DNA of 64,000 nucleotides, from assembly GCA_037447605.1 (NCBI GenBank), contig CM074807.1, positions 310,001 through 374,000 on the forward strand, read 5' to 3'. Below, piece by piece: positions 1-14,000 of the stretch. A model generated the notes under the pieces. The model was not told the origin of the DNA. It did not search any database and worked only from the letters and a program-made list of their open reading frames with translations. The DNA is from Zygnema circumcarinatum SAG 698-1b. Taxonomy: Eukaryota; Plantae; Zygnematophyceae. Within the stretch, counting starts at the first letter, position 1, and each line of letters begins with the position of its first letter. A program made the position numbers and the translations under genes.

Positions 1-535
1 GGGAGGGCGAGGGCGCGGCAGCCATGGCCGTGGCTCGATGCAGGAGAGAGAGGGAAAAAGAGAGAGAGAGAGAGGGAGAGCGCGAGAGAGAGAGATAGAG
101 AGGGTGAGTGAGGGAGAAATGATGGCCCGGCCGGGTGGGCGTGGCCTTGGGGTGGGCCCCGGGCAGCCCTGAAATGGTTTTGGCTGCCGTGTGCGCGACG
201 TAAGCGTCCGCGATTGGGCGAGCGCCGTCCGGGCAGCTCAAGGTTGGCCGCGAGCTGCCCGGAGAGGAAAGGTGTGGCCCAAAATGGTGGGCCGCGCGTC
301 TACCTTATCACAAATCTTGGATAAGACTGTACGGTTGGACAGGTGGCGCCACCGCCGTGGGGGAATGGTCGCGTACGGTACGCGTGACGCAACGTGACCC
401 GACTCGCTGAAGGGGGGCTGCACCTGGTCGTACTCGAGGTGAGGGAGGACCGGAAAGAATTTCAGCTGCCCGGCCAACGCTCGGCCAATCGCGGACGGAC
501 ACGGCAGCCGAAACATTTCGGTTCATGCGTTGGAT

Positions 536-727
536 CAACCATTGGATCCAATGGTTGCGATTTGCAAACCGTTGATTCCCGATCCAACCAACCGTTGGAT
601 CCAATGGTTGCAGAAATTGGCAATGTTTGGCTGGGTAGCTAGCCAATGGCTTCAAACAATGGCAATCGTTGCGACTTTTCAAACCATTGATTCTCGACCC
701 AACCAACCATTGGATCCAATGGTTGCA
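536..727. repeat. Cluster of three 22-bp palindromes (CAACCATTGGATCCAATGGTTG) inside a degenerate ~115-bp tandem duplication
   Basis: Perfect palindromes at 536-557 and 704-725, and a one-mismatch copy at 589-610. The segments ~554-612 and ~668-727 are near-identical (gttgcga...aaacc.ttgatt..cga.ccaaccaacc.ttggatccaatggttgca). Confidence 0.9.
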
Positions 728-2000
728 ATCATTGACAATGGTTGGGCGGGCATGCCACAAACAAGAAGATAGACGTTCACTAAATGAGGGTCGGCTTTGC
801 CAAAGCACTAGTCTTCTCTTTGTTCTTAAATTTTTGTGAAAGTGAACTTGTTGTGTATTACGAGACAGGAAACTAAATTTATTACGTTCAAAGCTTTGCA
901 TAAGTGAAGCCATGACCATGACCATGACCATGACTATGACCTCATCCCTATTGGGCCTGGGGACATGAGCATGAACAACGTCATGAATGACGATCTTCGT
1001 ACTGCACATTTACATTCCCTGACCAACATTCAGCTGTAAAGAGATGGCTAATTTCGTCACCATATCTAAATTCCTACATCCTTGACTAGACCTACTCCAC
1101 AGCCTAGTCAGAATAATGAATGTGGAGAAGTAACCCGTTACCTATGTACAAACCCTCGCCATCTTTGTTGCCGCTGCAAACTGTATGAGGAGCTGTGATA
1201 GACATTATCAAAATAGAACTCGGCATTCCAGGTCCCCATGAAAGGCTACAAAGCTTTTAGTAAAGGAGAAAAATGATTCGACAATTTTACAAAGAAAACG
1301 ACACATGCTGAGCGAGTTCCAGTTCCCTGCAGTTCACAGTACTGGAAGTGATTCTTTCATCTCTCCTTCGTTGAAACCGAAAAACGTTGAAATTGCTCAT
1401 GTATCAACCAATGGCAGCAAATGTTGGCTCCCGTAGATACCTGCGTGTTCACCCAGCAAACATGAGTACTGTACTGCGGCTTCACAAGTCCAGAGTTCTC
1501 GTCTCTCTCTCCCACTCCCTCCCTCCCCCCTCCCCTCCCTCCCCGCCATGTTTCTCACTTACGTGACGTAACGTAACACGTAACTTATCTGACGTAACAA
1601 ACGACCCTCAGCCTTATTAGTGATGAATGTTCTGGTGGTCCGAGTCAGACACATGATCCTAGACAGAGGACTGTATGCACCTCCTCCTTCCTCTCCCTCT
1701 CCCTCTCGCCCTCCCCTTCCCCCTCCGTCTGCCTCTCCCTTGTTGCCTATGCTTATAAGCAAAACAAATGAGCGACAATACGACTACGTGATGTATTCCC
1801 TGATGGTTAACGTAAAACTTTCTTCATCTTCTTGGATGTGGAGGAAGTCAATCCCCATTGTTGCTAGCAAAGCATTTCCTTTCGATATTAGGATAACCTT
1901 CGTGGCCTTCCCAGAGACCTATGCAGAGCAGAGACCAAAAATCATAGCAACCTACGAAACCTGCAGTCAACTTCCTTCTCCCCATTTCACTCTCTGCTAT

Positions 2001-5000
2001 TTACATTGCCCAGATCAGCAAGGAATATTGAACGGGATAGGAATTTGCCGAACCTGGAGACCATGTCTTTCCCCTTTTCTCTCCATCTTCTCCAACTCCC
2101 GCTCGTCTCGGTCCTCTCCTTCTCCCTCCCCCTTCAATTCCAATAAAGCTTAAGTCACTCCCCTCAAGGACCAAGCCACAAGCTTTCTGCAGTGCACGCA
2201 GCTCGTTGTGCTTTTGCTTTTTTCCTCGTTTCCTTGGAGGAATATGGCTCCCTTTCTGTCCAACTTCAGATTTCACCACAGCGCCACCAAGGTCCGGACT
2301 TCCAGGATCAGCTAAACAAGCATTGCCCGCATCTTCACTCCCACCAATCCCCGTATGATCCCTTTTGCCATCGATAACGACGACCAAAACTTCTCCTGTG
2401 CCACCGGCAGGGACTTCCGCAACACTTATTTCTATAGTAACAGTCTCAGATTTGGTAGGAGGGGGACCAGCACGAGAAGGAGACGGAGGAGAGAGAAGAG
2501 GAGGAGGAGGAGGATGAATAGGCAGAGATGGACGACGACGAGAAGCAGCTTCACGATTTGCTTTCGTCTCGGCTTTAAGCTTAGCTGTCCCTGACAACTT
2601 CCTCTTCTTTCTGCGATTCATCGGTCTACCTCGAGAACGCACTCCAGCTCTGTCATCTGCATGTACTATGATGTCCCTTTCTTCTATACTACCATTCTCA
2701 GAAACGATAGGAGGGAGAGGTGGAGCAAGAGAAGAAGGAGTAGAATGAGGAACAGGGAGGGAAGGTGGAAGTGAAAGAGAAGCTTCCACGCGTTTTGCTT
2801 TGAGCTCTGCTTTAAGTTTTGCTGCCCCTTTCAGTTTTGCCTTCTCTCTGCGGTTTGAAGGGCTGCCTGCAGAACCCGCTCCTTCAATGTTATCTGCAGA
2901 TACTACAACATCCCGTTCTCCTTCACTGGCAACCTCGGAGACAAGCGGGGGAGGAGGAAGATCAAGGGGAGAAAGAGTAGGAGACGGAAGTTGAGGAAGT
3001 GAGGGAGACGGGGGACGAGGTGGAGGAGGAGCAGCTTTCCCACGATTTGCTTTCATCTCTGCTTTAAGCTTAGCTGCCCCTGACAACTTCCTCTTCTTTC
3101 TGCGATTCATCGGTCTACCTCGAGAACGCACTCCAGCTCTGTCATCTGCATGTACTATGATGTCCCTTTCTACTATACTACCATTCTCAGAAACGATAGG
3201 AGCGAGAGGAGGACCAAGAGTAGAAGGAGTAGAATGAGGAACAAGGAGGGAAGGAGAAAGAGAAAGGGAAGCTTCCACGCGCTTTAATTTGAGCTCTGCT
3301 TTAAGTTTTGCTGCCCCTTTAAGTTCTGTCTTTTCTCTGCGGTTTGAAGGTCTACCTGGAGAGCCCGCTCCTTCAATGTTATCTGCAGATACTACAACAT
3401 CTCTTTCTCCTTTACTGGCAACCTCGGAGACAAGCGGGGGAGGAGGAAGATCAAGAGGAGCACGAGAGGGAGACGGAAGTTGAGTAAGTGAGGGAGATGG
3501 GGGACGAGCTGGAGGAAGCGGAGGTGGTGGAAGAGGAGCAGCTTTCCCACGTTTTGCTTTCAGCTCTGCTTTAAGTTTTACTGGCTTTTTCAGTAAGCTC
3601 TTCCCTCTGCGATTGAAAGGTCTACCTGCAGAAGCCTCTCCTTCAATGTTTTCTGCAGAAACTACAACATCTTTTCCTTCTTTAATGGCAACCTCAGATA
3701 CGAATGGAGGGGTAGGAGGAAGAGCGAGTGGAGCAAGAGAAGGAGACGGAGGAAGAGGAAGAGGAGGAGGAGAAAGTGATTGAAGAGCAGCTTCCTCACG
3801 TTTTGCTTTCAGCTCTGATCTCAGTTTTGCTGCCCCTTTCAGTTTCGTCTTCCCTCTGCGATTTAGAGGTCTACCTACAGGAGCCTCTCCTTCAATATTT
3901 TCAGCAGAAACTACAACATCTTTTCCTTCTTTAATGGCAACCTCAGATACGAATGAAGGGGGAGGAAGAAGAGCAAGTGGAGCAAGAGAAGGAGACGGAG
4001 GAAGAGGAGGAGGAGGAGGAAGTGGTTGAAGAGCAGCTTCCTCACGTTTTGCTTTCAGCTCTGCTCTCAGTTTTGCTGCCCCTTTCAGTTTCGTCTTCCC
4101 TCTGCGATTTAGAGGTCTACCTGCAGGAGCCTTTCCTTCAATGTTTTCTGCAGAAACTACAACATCTTTTCCTACTTTAATGGAAACCTCAGATACGAAT
4201 GGAGGGGGAGGAGGAAGAGCGAGTGGAGCAAGAGACGGAGGAGACGGAGGAAGATGAGTAAGAGGGGGAGAAGGGGGAGAAGGGGGGAAAGGTGGCGGCG
4301 GAGGTGGAGAAAAAGCAGCTTCCCCGCGTTTTGCTTTCAGCTCTGCGTTGAGTTTCGCTGCCCCCTTCAGTTTCATCTTCAGTCTGCGATTTCGTGGTCT
4401 CCCTGTAGAGGTCTCTCCTCTGGTGTTCTCCGCAGGCATTGTCAGTACTGAAACAGAGTCCTGCAGTAATCTCTCTGCTCTCTCTACACTACCATTCTCA
4501 AGGAGGAGGAGAGGAGTCTGCTCACTTCTCTCTTCCACCTCTGAGCTGCAATTCACTGCCATCTTCAAAGTCCTCTTTCTTTTCCGACTTGCAGAAGTCT
4601 CTGCAGCATGATCGCCCTCCTGACTTCCATTGTAATCTCCACTCTTCTCTGCAGGTTCTACCAGTCCACTCCCACTAGGAGCTTTCTCCTTTCCTGCTTC
4701 CAGCCGTAGCTTCCTCTTTCTCTTTCTCGTAAAAGCCCTTCCTTCATCTTCTCTCCCATTGCTTCCATTGTGATCCCTGCCGTCCTCTGCAGATACTACC
4801 GTAGTTCTCCCTCCCAGCCTTTCCCTCTCACCACTTCCCTTGTGGTCCCTGAGCTCCACTGCATGTTCTCCCGCCTCCCTCCCTCTCACATCACTACTCT
4901 CCAACACAACAAGAGCTTTCTCACTTTCCCCTTCCAGGCCCTCCTTAAGTTCCATCAGGGCCTTCAGTTTTAACTTTCTCTTTCTACTTATATAAAAGAC

Positions 5001-8000
5001 TCCTGCATTCCCTTTCTCGCCATTTCCTTCGTAATCTCCTCCATTCTCTGCAGTTCCTACCACTTCCCCCTCTTCCACATTACCGCCTTCAATGACATAG
5101 GAAGCTTTAACATTTTCCTCTTCCAGCTTCTCATCATGTGAAGCTATGGGCCCATTCCATCTGAGAACGCTCCGCGCTTTCCTCTCTCCACGTTTCCGCT
5201 TCACACTCCCACTCACAAGCCTTACAACCCCTTCAGGGTCATCTCCTCGCTGCAACTCTCCAGTCGGCACTTCTTTCCCTACGATCTTCTGCTCCTGCCC
5301 TACTTTCCCTCCCTCTCCTATATTTATGCTTGTCATCTTCCTTTCAGCTAAGAACGGAAAGATTCCCTGCCCTACTGGAATTACTTTCTGCGCTCCCTCA
5401 GATGTTCTAGGCCCTATTTGAGCCTTCAACTTGTGCTTCATCTTCACCAACAGGCTTTTGCTTCGCCTTTTCTTCCCCCATTTCCACTTCCCTGACTGCT
5501 GCTTCACTGCTTGCTTGTCTTCAACATCAATTATTTTCCCATCCTGATGTTCAACATGCTCTTTTAGGTCCTTCCTGTTCCTTTCCTCACGTTCCATAGC
5601 TGCCGCATCCTCCTCTTTTTCGTCAAATTTTCCACCCATTCTTATCTCATCACCCTCCACTTCCATTAGTTGCCCTTCAACTTCCAGTTCCCTGTTTCTA
5701 CCCTGCTCTCTTCTGCTCCCTTCACCTCCCTCTCCCTCTTTCACTTCCTCTCTTCTCAGCTTCCTCTTCTTCTTCTTCCTAGCTTTATCTTCTCGAAGAC
5801 TTGGCTTCTCCTCTCTGTTTCCTTCAGTTCCTTCGACCTCCTCCCCTACTCTTCTTCTCAGTTTGCTCTTCTTCTTGTCTCGAACTTCTTCATCCCTCGG
5901 CTCCTCCACTTTGCTTCCTTCCATTGCCCCTGTCTCTTTCTCTCCTTGACCCGTCTCTTGCCTCTTCCTCTTCTCAGCATTCTCAACTCTCCCCTCAACT
6001 TGCTCTTGTATTTCTGCCACAACTTCTGTCATACTTAGCTCCTCCTCCCTTCCTGCCTCCCTACTCTTCATCTCTTTCACCGACTCACTCGCTTCCTTTC
6101 CATCCCCTTCAAAAACAGTCGTCCCCTTTAACTTTATCCGAACAGTAAGTCGACCTGACCGAGAACCCGAATCTTCAGAGGTTCCGCTCATATTCTCTTT
6201 CACAGCAATTTTCCCAGAAGTTTCTTTCAGTTTGGAGCGCACCTTTTTAAAAACCTTTCCAGTCAACAGCCTTGTATCTTCACCGGTCTCATTGATCTCA
6301 CCGTCATCAAGAACCCCATCTCCCTGCTTGCTCAATTCATCAAGCACGTTATTCTTCAACTTCTTGGACTCCTTTCCTTTCGCCTCTGAAGAGGAAGTTC
6401 CTTCCTTCTCTACCAAGTCTCCTTGAAACCTTATTCTTAGATTCCTAGTGGGCTCTCTATCCATCTGACATGCCTGTTCCGTATTTTCTTCTTCGACCAC
6501 ACTCGCATGTCTTTCTTGCTCAGCCGAAGTAGTTTCCATCGCAACTTCCTCACATAACTTCTCAGTCGCATCCTGACTTATCTTATTCTCCTCCCTTTCT
6601 TGCTGGTCTTCCACATCTCTCTCTGCTGGGTTCTGCTTGTCAGTTTGGCCGAATTCCTGCTCCCTCTCAGCTTCCTCCAGTCTTCTATCACTCTCACGGT
6701 CCATTCCCTCCTCACGCTCCCCCAGTAAATCTACCCCACTAAATTTCACTTTTAATCGTATCTGCGGTTCCGGTTCAATATTCTTTTTCTCCATCAATTG
6801 ATCTTCCACTGCACCACCTTCATTACTTTCTTTGTTGTTTTCCTCTTCGACTTTGGTTGTATTGCTACTTAAACTCCCTAATGCTGAGCGCCTTAAAGTG
6901 ACTATCAGTCGAGGCTGACCCTTTGGTGGCGGCGATTCTTCTCTAGCAGGTTGCGATAGCACTACTGTGTGAATGGTCTTTTCGAGAGCAGAAGAACCGG
7001 GGAAAACCAACATCTGGAGTTCGTCTCGCAGCTGATGAAACTGCAACACAAAACAAAAAGGCACTACTTGAGCGCCTCTAGTTTGCAGTATACAATAAAG
7101 AATCATCATCATCCAAAAATGCAAGGTGGGCGGGGCCTACAACAAAAGCATTTGTATCAATAAAGAGAGCACAGGAGAGGCGAAGAGAGAGACCGGGAAA
7201 CAGGAATAGGGAACAAGAAGAGCAAGAGCATGAAGCAGCAATTCCAACAGGGAATAGATCAATCACATCACTTACCCTATCTTCAGGTACGCGAACAAAG
7301 CCAAAGCCTTGAAGCCACGTTGCCTCTGTTCCCTCTGCTGCAGGAAGACAAAGCTTCTCCACACCCAAGCTGGCCAGAAGCCACTCCACAACTCTAAATA
7401 AGGTAGAGCAGTATCCCTGGAGAGACAACAGACCAGAAGGCCCTCTTGAACGAGTCAATGTTCATGTTTGGATAAGCAGATTGCCGTGTACGATCCCTCC
7501 CCTTTGACATACATCTCCCAGCTCACTACCCCACCTCCTCTCTCCCTGTCTCCATCTTTCTCTCTCTCTCACTTTCTGCCTCCTTAGCTTCCTCTCTCTA
7601 CCCCTCTCAACGCATTTGTGTCCCTCTCTCCTCCTTTTTCCAGGTCTGTCTACTCAATATATGACCATACCTGTCTGCGTGCTGAATTGGCAGTGGCAAC
7701 CAGCGGCATTTCTGCCACTTGTTGTCCAAAAACTCGAAGGCATGCAGCCGACATGACGAACTCCCTGCAGTGTTTGTCACAGAACAGCGAGGACTGTCAG
7801 AAAAGCACTCGTATCCGTAACGCATCACAAAGGTTTAAAAACAACATTTTTATTAGCGGTGCAGGGCCCAATCTAACACGGACACAATATGAGAATCCTC
7901 CAGAGTGCGCTTGAATCCTATCCCTGCGTAAATTCTTGCAGTTTTCAGTTTCAGTTTCAGTTTCAGTTCCAGTTGTGTCACCTGCACTTCAGGACAACAC

Positions 8001-11000
8001 AGTACATGCCGCCAAAGTCGTGATCCCTTGTGCTCCGACTGTTAGACCCGTCCACAACCTCAGAGAACAATGTCAAATAAAGACCAAACGGAGGAGTATA
8101 CATGAGAAGAATGTTTTAGACCAATCTGATGACACATGCAACTTTACGACACATTTGACTGCCGCTAAAAGTTTAAATCATCGACAGATGTCAAAAGAAT
8201 CCAGAAATCTGAAAAAAGCCAATGTGGGATATACTTCTTTGTATAATGCCGTACCTGTGCACCATGAGAGGAATAAGGTTGCGGCCGGTGGAGCCATCTA
8301 CTATGGGAATGAATGATTCCTGACGATGAAAAATGCCAAAGCACATTATTTCAAAGACATGTAGGACGAAGAAGTTATCAGATAATGAACAGAATAACTA
8401 CCTTTTCCCCCCCTCCCTCACCCCCCCCTCCTCAACTTACTCCCACCCCTTCCCCAAAGCGGGGGAACCCTGACTTACAGAGAACATGTCCATTACAGCC
8501 GCCAGAGTCTTGCCATTTTCCGGGTCATTTTGACGCCCTCTTAGGAGTTGCCAGCTGCAGTCTTCAAAGGGTATTTGAGAAGGCTTCACCGTAATGGTCC
8601 TCAACAACGACTCGTTCTCTAAAAGAGGGCGAGGTCCCTTCTCGACCATTTGCCTAAGAGATAGAAAGATCCGATCGCAATCAGAACTACAGAACCATTC
8701 TCCTTCCGGTAGTTCCTTGAGGTCTGCCAAATCGTGCTCCTTGAGGCAGCCTACATGGAATTCGCGTTCGCACTGCAAACAACACCAACAAAAAGCAAGC
8801 TGAAAGGTTTAGTCCCATATAGAAGTTCAAAAGTAGCATTAACATGCTATCAAAGGCACCTCTGATCGCAGAAATCCCCTAACTTGCTCATAGGTCCATG
8901 TGGCCAACTGTCTCTCTCCATCATCTCAACTCTTCTCCTCCTTCTCCTCTTCGTCTCCTTCTCCCGTCATCTTTGCTTTCCCTATCCCCCACCATCTCAC
9001 CCTCGCTTCCCCTCTACCTGACTACCGTTATCTCCCCGCGCCAATTAAACCCAATCCTCACTCTGCTTTGTCACTTCCCCTCTCTACTATTCCCTCTCTC
9101 TCCATCTCGTCCACTCTCTCTCTGTGTCTTTCTCACCCTCTTTCTACTCCCAAACTTCAAGGTTACGGTGCATGTATGAGTTAGGGTACCTGGTCACAGA
9201 GCATTATCGTCCTCGGTCCAAAACCTGACTTCGCGAAATCGAGTGACCTGATGCAGCAGAAAAAGGTGATCAAGGCTTACAACAAGGTCATGTCTCCTTT
9301 AGCTCTATCACAACTTCCTGTGCTTCTGGTCTAAGAAATACATCGCACTCCAGAATCTCACACTTTCGTCGCCACCACTCAAAAAAATTCCACTGTTATC
9401 AAATCTTCCCTCTCAGCTTCTAGGCACGTGCACTACGCTAATTGACAAGTTCAACATAAAGGTACCAGTTTTCCGAACTGTGTTGCTCATCCATGGGAAC
9501 ATGTGGATGGAAAGATACCTTAACATTCACATTCAGCCCTAGGCACAAAGGATAAAGCAATATCAACCATGAACAAAACTCTGGTGTCCTTGTAGCATTC
9601 CTGCATACTCCCAGGTTATGAGCAACAGGGAGGAGTTTTCTCGTTAGGGTATAGGCGTACCCAGATTTACAGAGAACGCAACCACTGCCTAAACCTTCCA
9701 CATCGTCAGAAATGCGCCGACATCTTGAAAACATTCCTTCCATTTCCACCGTCCTTTGGGTTGGAATTCTGATAGAAATGGATGAACTATGGCCCTTTTG
9801 ACAACTCGGGCAGTGCCAAATGCCTCTGGGTATAAGAGGTAGCCCCACACACTCTGCAGGAATTCCGACATTACTACCCAGAGCTTATCAGATTATGGAG
9901 CAACTTGATTTGTACATATCAATGGAACGAACACGCGAATTGGCTTGCACAAACTTCACAACAGGTTTCTGTATTTGACGTTTGTTGAGCCCGTGTCGTG
10001 ATGGCTGCATGCGCAGATTTCCGTTGACCAAACACTCTATGCCATCCTACCAACGAGGGGAGGGAGAGGAGCTGCTAGAGTTCTGCAGAGTTTGTTCCAT
10101 TAGTTCAGCTTATGAGTCAAAAAGTGCTTCATTTAGTAGAGTCTATGCATTCGTTCCACTTGCCTGAATGATATGCGGCTGGACAGCTGTCACAAGAGAC
10201 AAGCATCCCTCCATCGCCACATTCCGTGCAGGTTTCCGCAACTTCTCGAATTTTGCTGTCAGCCTTCTCCGAACCATCCTCGTCTTTGGCTGCCAAAGCC
10301 AAGGCTGCTTCATGAAGAGATCGTCCATCTTCCAGGTAAATGCTGTTGTACCTGTAAGGCCAATTCAGTGGGTATGATGAGCACCAGATATACTGTGTAG
10401 GGTGTTCCACGCAGGACAGGGAAAGAGAGAGAGAGAGAGAGGGAGGAGAGAGAGAGACGGAGAGAGAGAGACGACAGAGTAGAAGGGGGGCGAGGGAGGG
10501 GCCGGAGGAGTCGCCGGGGAGGGCGGGCGGGAGGAGGAGAGAATGACTTGCTACTAGAAAGTCCAACAAAGGGCAGATGGTCGGGTTGGCAGAGCTTACG
10601 GATTACGACGAGAGCCATAGCCGGCGTGCATTTCAAATTGGGAACAGCTCACCTGCAAGAGGGATGCAGTTATGCTCCAAATGCTCCTCAGAAAAAAAAC
10701 TCCTAAAAAGAATACATCCCAAACATCGTCTCCAACATATGCTTGCCGAGATTTTCCTTAAAAAATCGAGTGCATTACATACAACCCTTGGGTTCTTCAA
10801 AAGCCATAAATCCATCCCAATTATGTACATCCTATGCAAGTCCAATCAATCAATTTCGCCAGCTACAGATGACAGTGGTCATTTATCAATACCCATATCA
10901 CACTTCCTCCACTGAGTAAGTTGTTGTAACTAACCAGAGTGTTGCAACATGTGCAGAAAATGCCCCCTGGTATTTTTGTCCCCGTCAATTGTTTCTGCAG

Positions 11001-14000
11001 ATCAAAGGTATACCCAAGAATGAAATTGCATAAGGCACAAATAGGTTTGAAGGTATGAGCCACCAACGGTCATCCTCCTCTTCGTAAGACAGTCATAATA
11101 TCCATTGGACTTCACTTCAAAGTACTCTTTGTAGACAATTAGCATGTAATTATCAAAAGAATTTGACGCCATGTGGATTATCTGTTGTACGCATTGCAAA
11201 GGTATGACAATGGGTCAAATTGCAGCCTCCTCACAAGTTGACCTCGCTTACCTTTCCCTTGACAAAATAAGCCAAAGAAATGCCATCCTGTAAGCCTCCT
11301 GGCAAGAATAGCGCCTTGTGTAGAACCGCAGGGTCTCTGTTCCCAGTTTAAATTCCAAAAAATTGACCAGTTCAGTTTGTGAACTCCTTGCACTGAAATC
11401 AACGAAGGACTCATCAAAACAAGAAAGGATCATTCAGGTCAAGTGTTGTAATATTTTGTCAAGTGCTTACAGCAGGAGAGGACAGCTATGAAGTTCAGAA
11501 AATTTACCTCCTGCAGATTCGGCCAGGAGTTGGCAGGGCTGGTAAGGGTCGTGGGATTAGGCTCCTGATTGCATAGCTTCCAGCCCAAATCAGTTCTAAC
11601 ACTCTATAAAGACCAAATGAACGCACACCACACTCAATCTGTTTTCCAACCTTTGATACCATTATTCTTTATAGAAAGAAGAGAAAAGAGAAAACAACAC
11701 TCAACCCTAACATTCTGGAATAAAGACCCACCTTCGTTCTTCCTCCACTGTGGCCGGAACAGCATCAAATCCACGGCAATGTGGGCAGAGCCACTCTCCC
11801 TCTGGAACAGTGCTCAAGAAAACACATTCTGCACAAAGAAAAAGGATAATCAGGACACACCTTCCCAAACCTAGCTTGGCAAAATCATGAAAATTACTGC
11901 TATCTCTAAACTGGTGAAGTGTCGTAACTGGAGGTCAGACCACACTGAACAGCGACGTCCAATGAAATCACTCCTGCAAGCAATCAGCTTCATAGATCCT
12001 TTTCAAAGAAATCTCAAAAGGACAAACCAATCGGTCTGCCTGCCATGCATGCCTCAAAATCGAAATGGCGTTACCCTTTTATAACATTGCTCCACTCACC
12101 CAAATGATAGACAAGCGGGCAGCCTTCTTTATCACAGCAAAGTAACGTTCCCCCAGATCCACATTTGCTGCAAAAATCGTGAGAGTCTGTAGCCCCTCCC
12201 GATCGTAAAGCGTCTGCTACAGCCTTGCCTGCCTTTCTGGAGTCCTTGGTCAGCATAGCCGCTGAAATCAGATCCTTAAGGCTAAGTCCATTCCCCACAT
12301 GAATATTATCACTTGGATGGCGAGCTGAGCTGCCAGCGTGGCGCTCAAACTCCGAAGCAGAAATTCTCTGAATGGCAGAAAGTGGGGAGAGAATCAGATA
12401 ACTTTCACGCCAAAACTGTGGCTCAGTTGCAATACCAATGAAATAACTTCAATGTTGAAAATTAAAACAAGTAGTTAGGAAAAAAAAATAAACCTATGTA
12501 AGTAGTTTGTGCTTTCACGTTCCCCCATCGAGTAAAAAGGGAAAAACTCACCACTACCCCTCCGCAAGCGCTACATCCACAGGCGATAAGGCCGTCTCTC
12601 ACAATGCCTCGAAGCATTACCTGATTCAATCACAGTGCCAAGTCAACATCCATCATATTGCAGGAACAGTAGGTGCTAGAAATACAAAAAGCTTGAAGGT
12701 TTTAAGCTGCATGCTTCCATGTGTCGACATAAGAATTAGCTTTCCTTTTTTTTTCCATTCTACTTGTAGTGAAGGTGATGTAAAGAACATGAACATACCT
12801 TGCCATTCTTGTCTAGATAGCTGACATCCAAACTCTCCAAAGCGCCAGTTCCAAGGAGCACTTTTGCATTCTGGGGAATTTCACCCATCTTGACCTCAGG
12901 AATATAACCCCTTATCCGCCCAGAAAGTTTCATCATTGGTTTCACAACTGGTGCTTTCAAGAGTCTTTGGCCTTGTATCTCCTCCGAAGAGCCTTTCATT
13001 AATTTCCGTTTTGCCTCCCCAAGCATACCTGCAACAAGAATGTGATAGGCAGTTCACCTTTTTAAGTGAGAACATCCTCACATCGTACTTGTTGTCTTCG
13101 GGCTCCTGCATCTAGACATCTTTCTTTCTAGTGGACATATATCATCAATAGCTTAGCTTATAGGACCAGAGAGTTAGAACTAGAAGAAAGGTCCAATTAA
13201 GTTTGAAAGGCGTGCAACCACTTAAGGAATGCACAATCTCTCTCCATGCTGCTGCGAATGCTTTGTGAATTACAAAGTTCAGATCTAATCTGACCTAGTA
13301 CAAATCGCTCAAGCTATCAGGTAATAAACTTATTACACAGATAGGATAATGGTGGAACGACGCAGCGGAAAGTATGAGAAGCTCTAAAGCAGGAGGACAG
13401 TCGTATAAGTGCAAATTTCAAAAGCTCGACTCATTCTTAAATTATTTTCCGTGAACAACCTGCTGTTCAGTGACAGGCAAGCATATCCTAAGTTTTGCAA
13501 ACAAGTGACTCTGCTTACCTCCAGTCAGAGTCCCCGCCTCAACTCCACCTTCTGCACCATCAAGAGGGCACTTGTGGCCCCTTTTCGGAACTCCGCAGCG
13601 CCGGCATTTGTATCGTCGACCCCCTCCTCCGGAAGAGACATCATACACCTCATTAGCAGTTATAAGACCACTTTTCCCACTACCATCAGGCAGTAGGGTA
13701 TTGCCTCCCAAATTGCCCCTGCTAACTTCGTCCTCGTCATAATCCATGTAGTCACTGTATACTCCGTCGTGATCTTCCTCTTCACTGTCTTCCTCTCCTT
13801 GTTCCATGAAATCCTCTCGAGTCCCACGGTGGTAATCTACCGAACTTAGAGGATGCTGCATACCCGTCAACCTTGCAGAGCCCCAAGAAAGATCTCCCTG
13901 GAATTCTTCAAACGGTTCCTCGGCGTCCTCATCTGTCATACTTTCATCCTCCCACTCGGCACCTACCTCAGGAGGATATCCTCCCTCCTCTTCTTCATCA

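Noticed and set aside
1-120. Possible start codon of a gene leaving the window (minus-strand ATG at 25-23, MAAAPSPS...) followed by GA-rich leader-like sequence
   Set aside because: Only eight codons are visible, and CCATGG is palindromic so either strand could be read. It cannot be supported as a feature.
536-725. CRISPR-like appearance (palindromic repeats with spacers)
   Set aside because: Eukaryotic context, only three copies, unequal and mutually similar spacers, and no cas genes.
308-1009. 233-aa minus-strand ORF, including a (CATGAC)n run
   Set aside because: It is built from the palindromic repeat cluster and a hexamer microsatellite. There is no recognisable domain, and the His-rich readings of the hexamer are closed by nearby stops.
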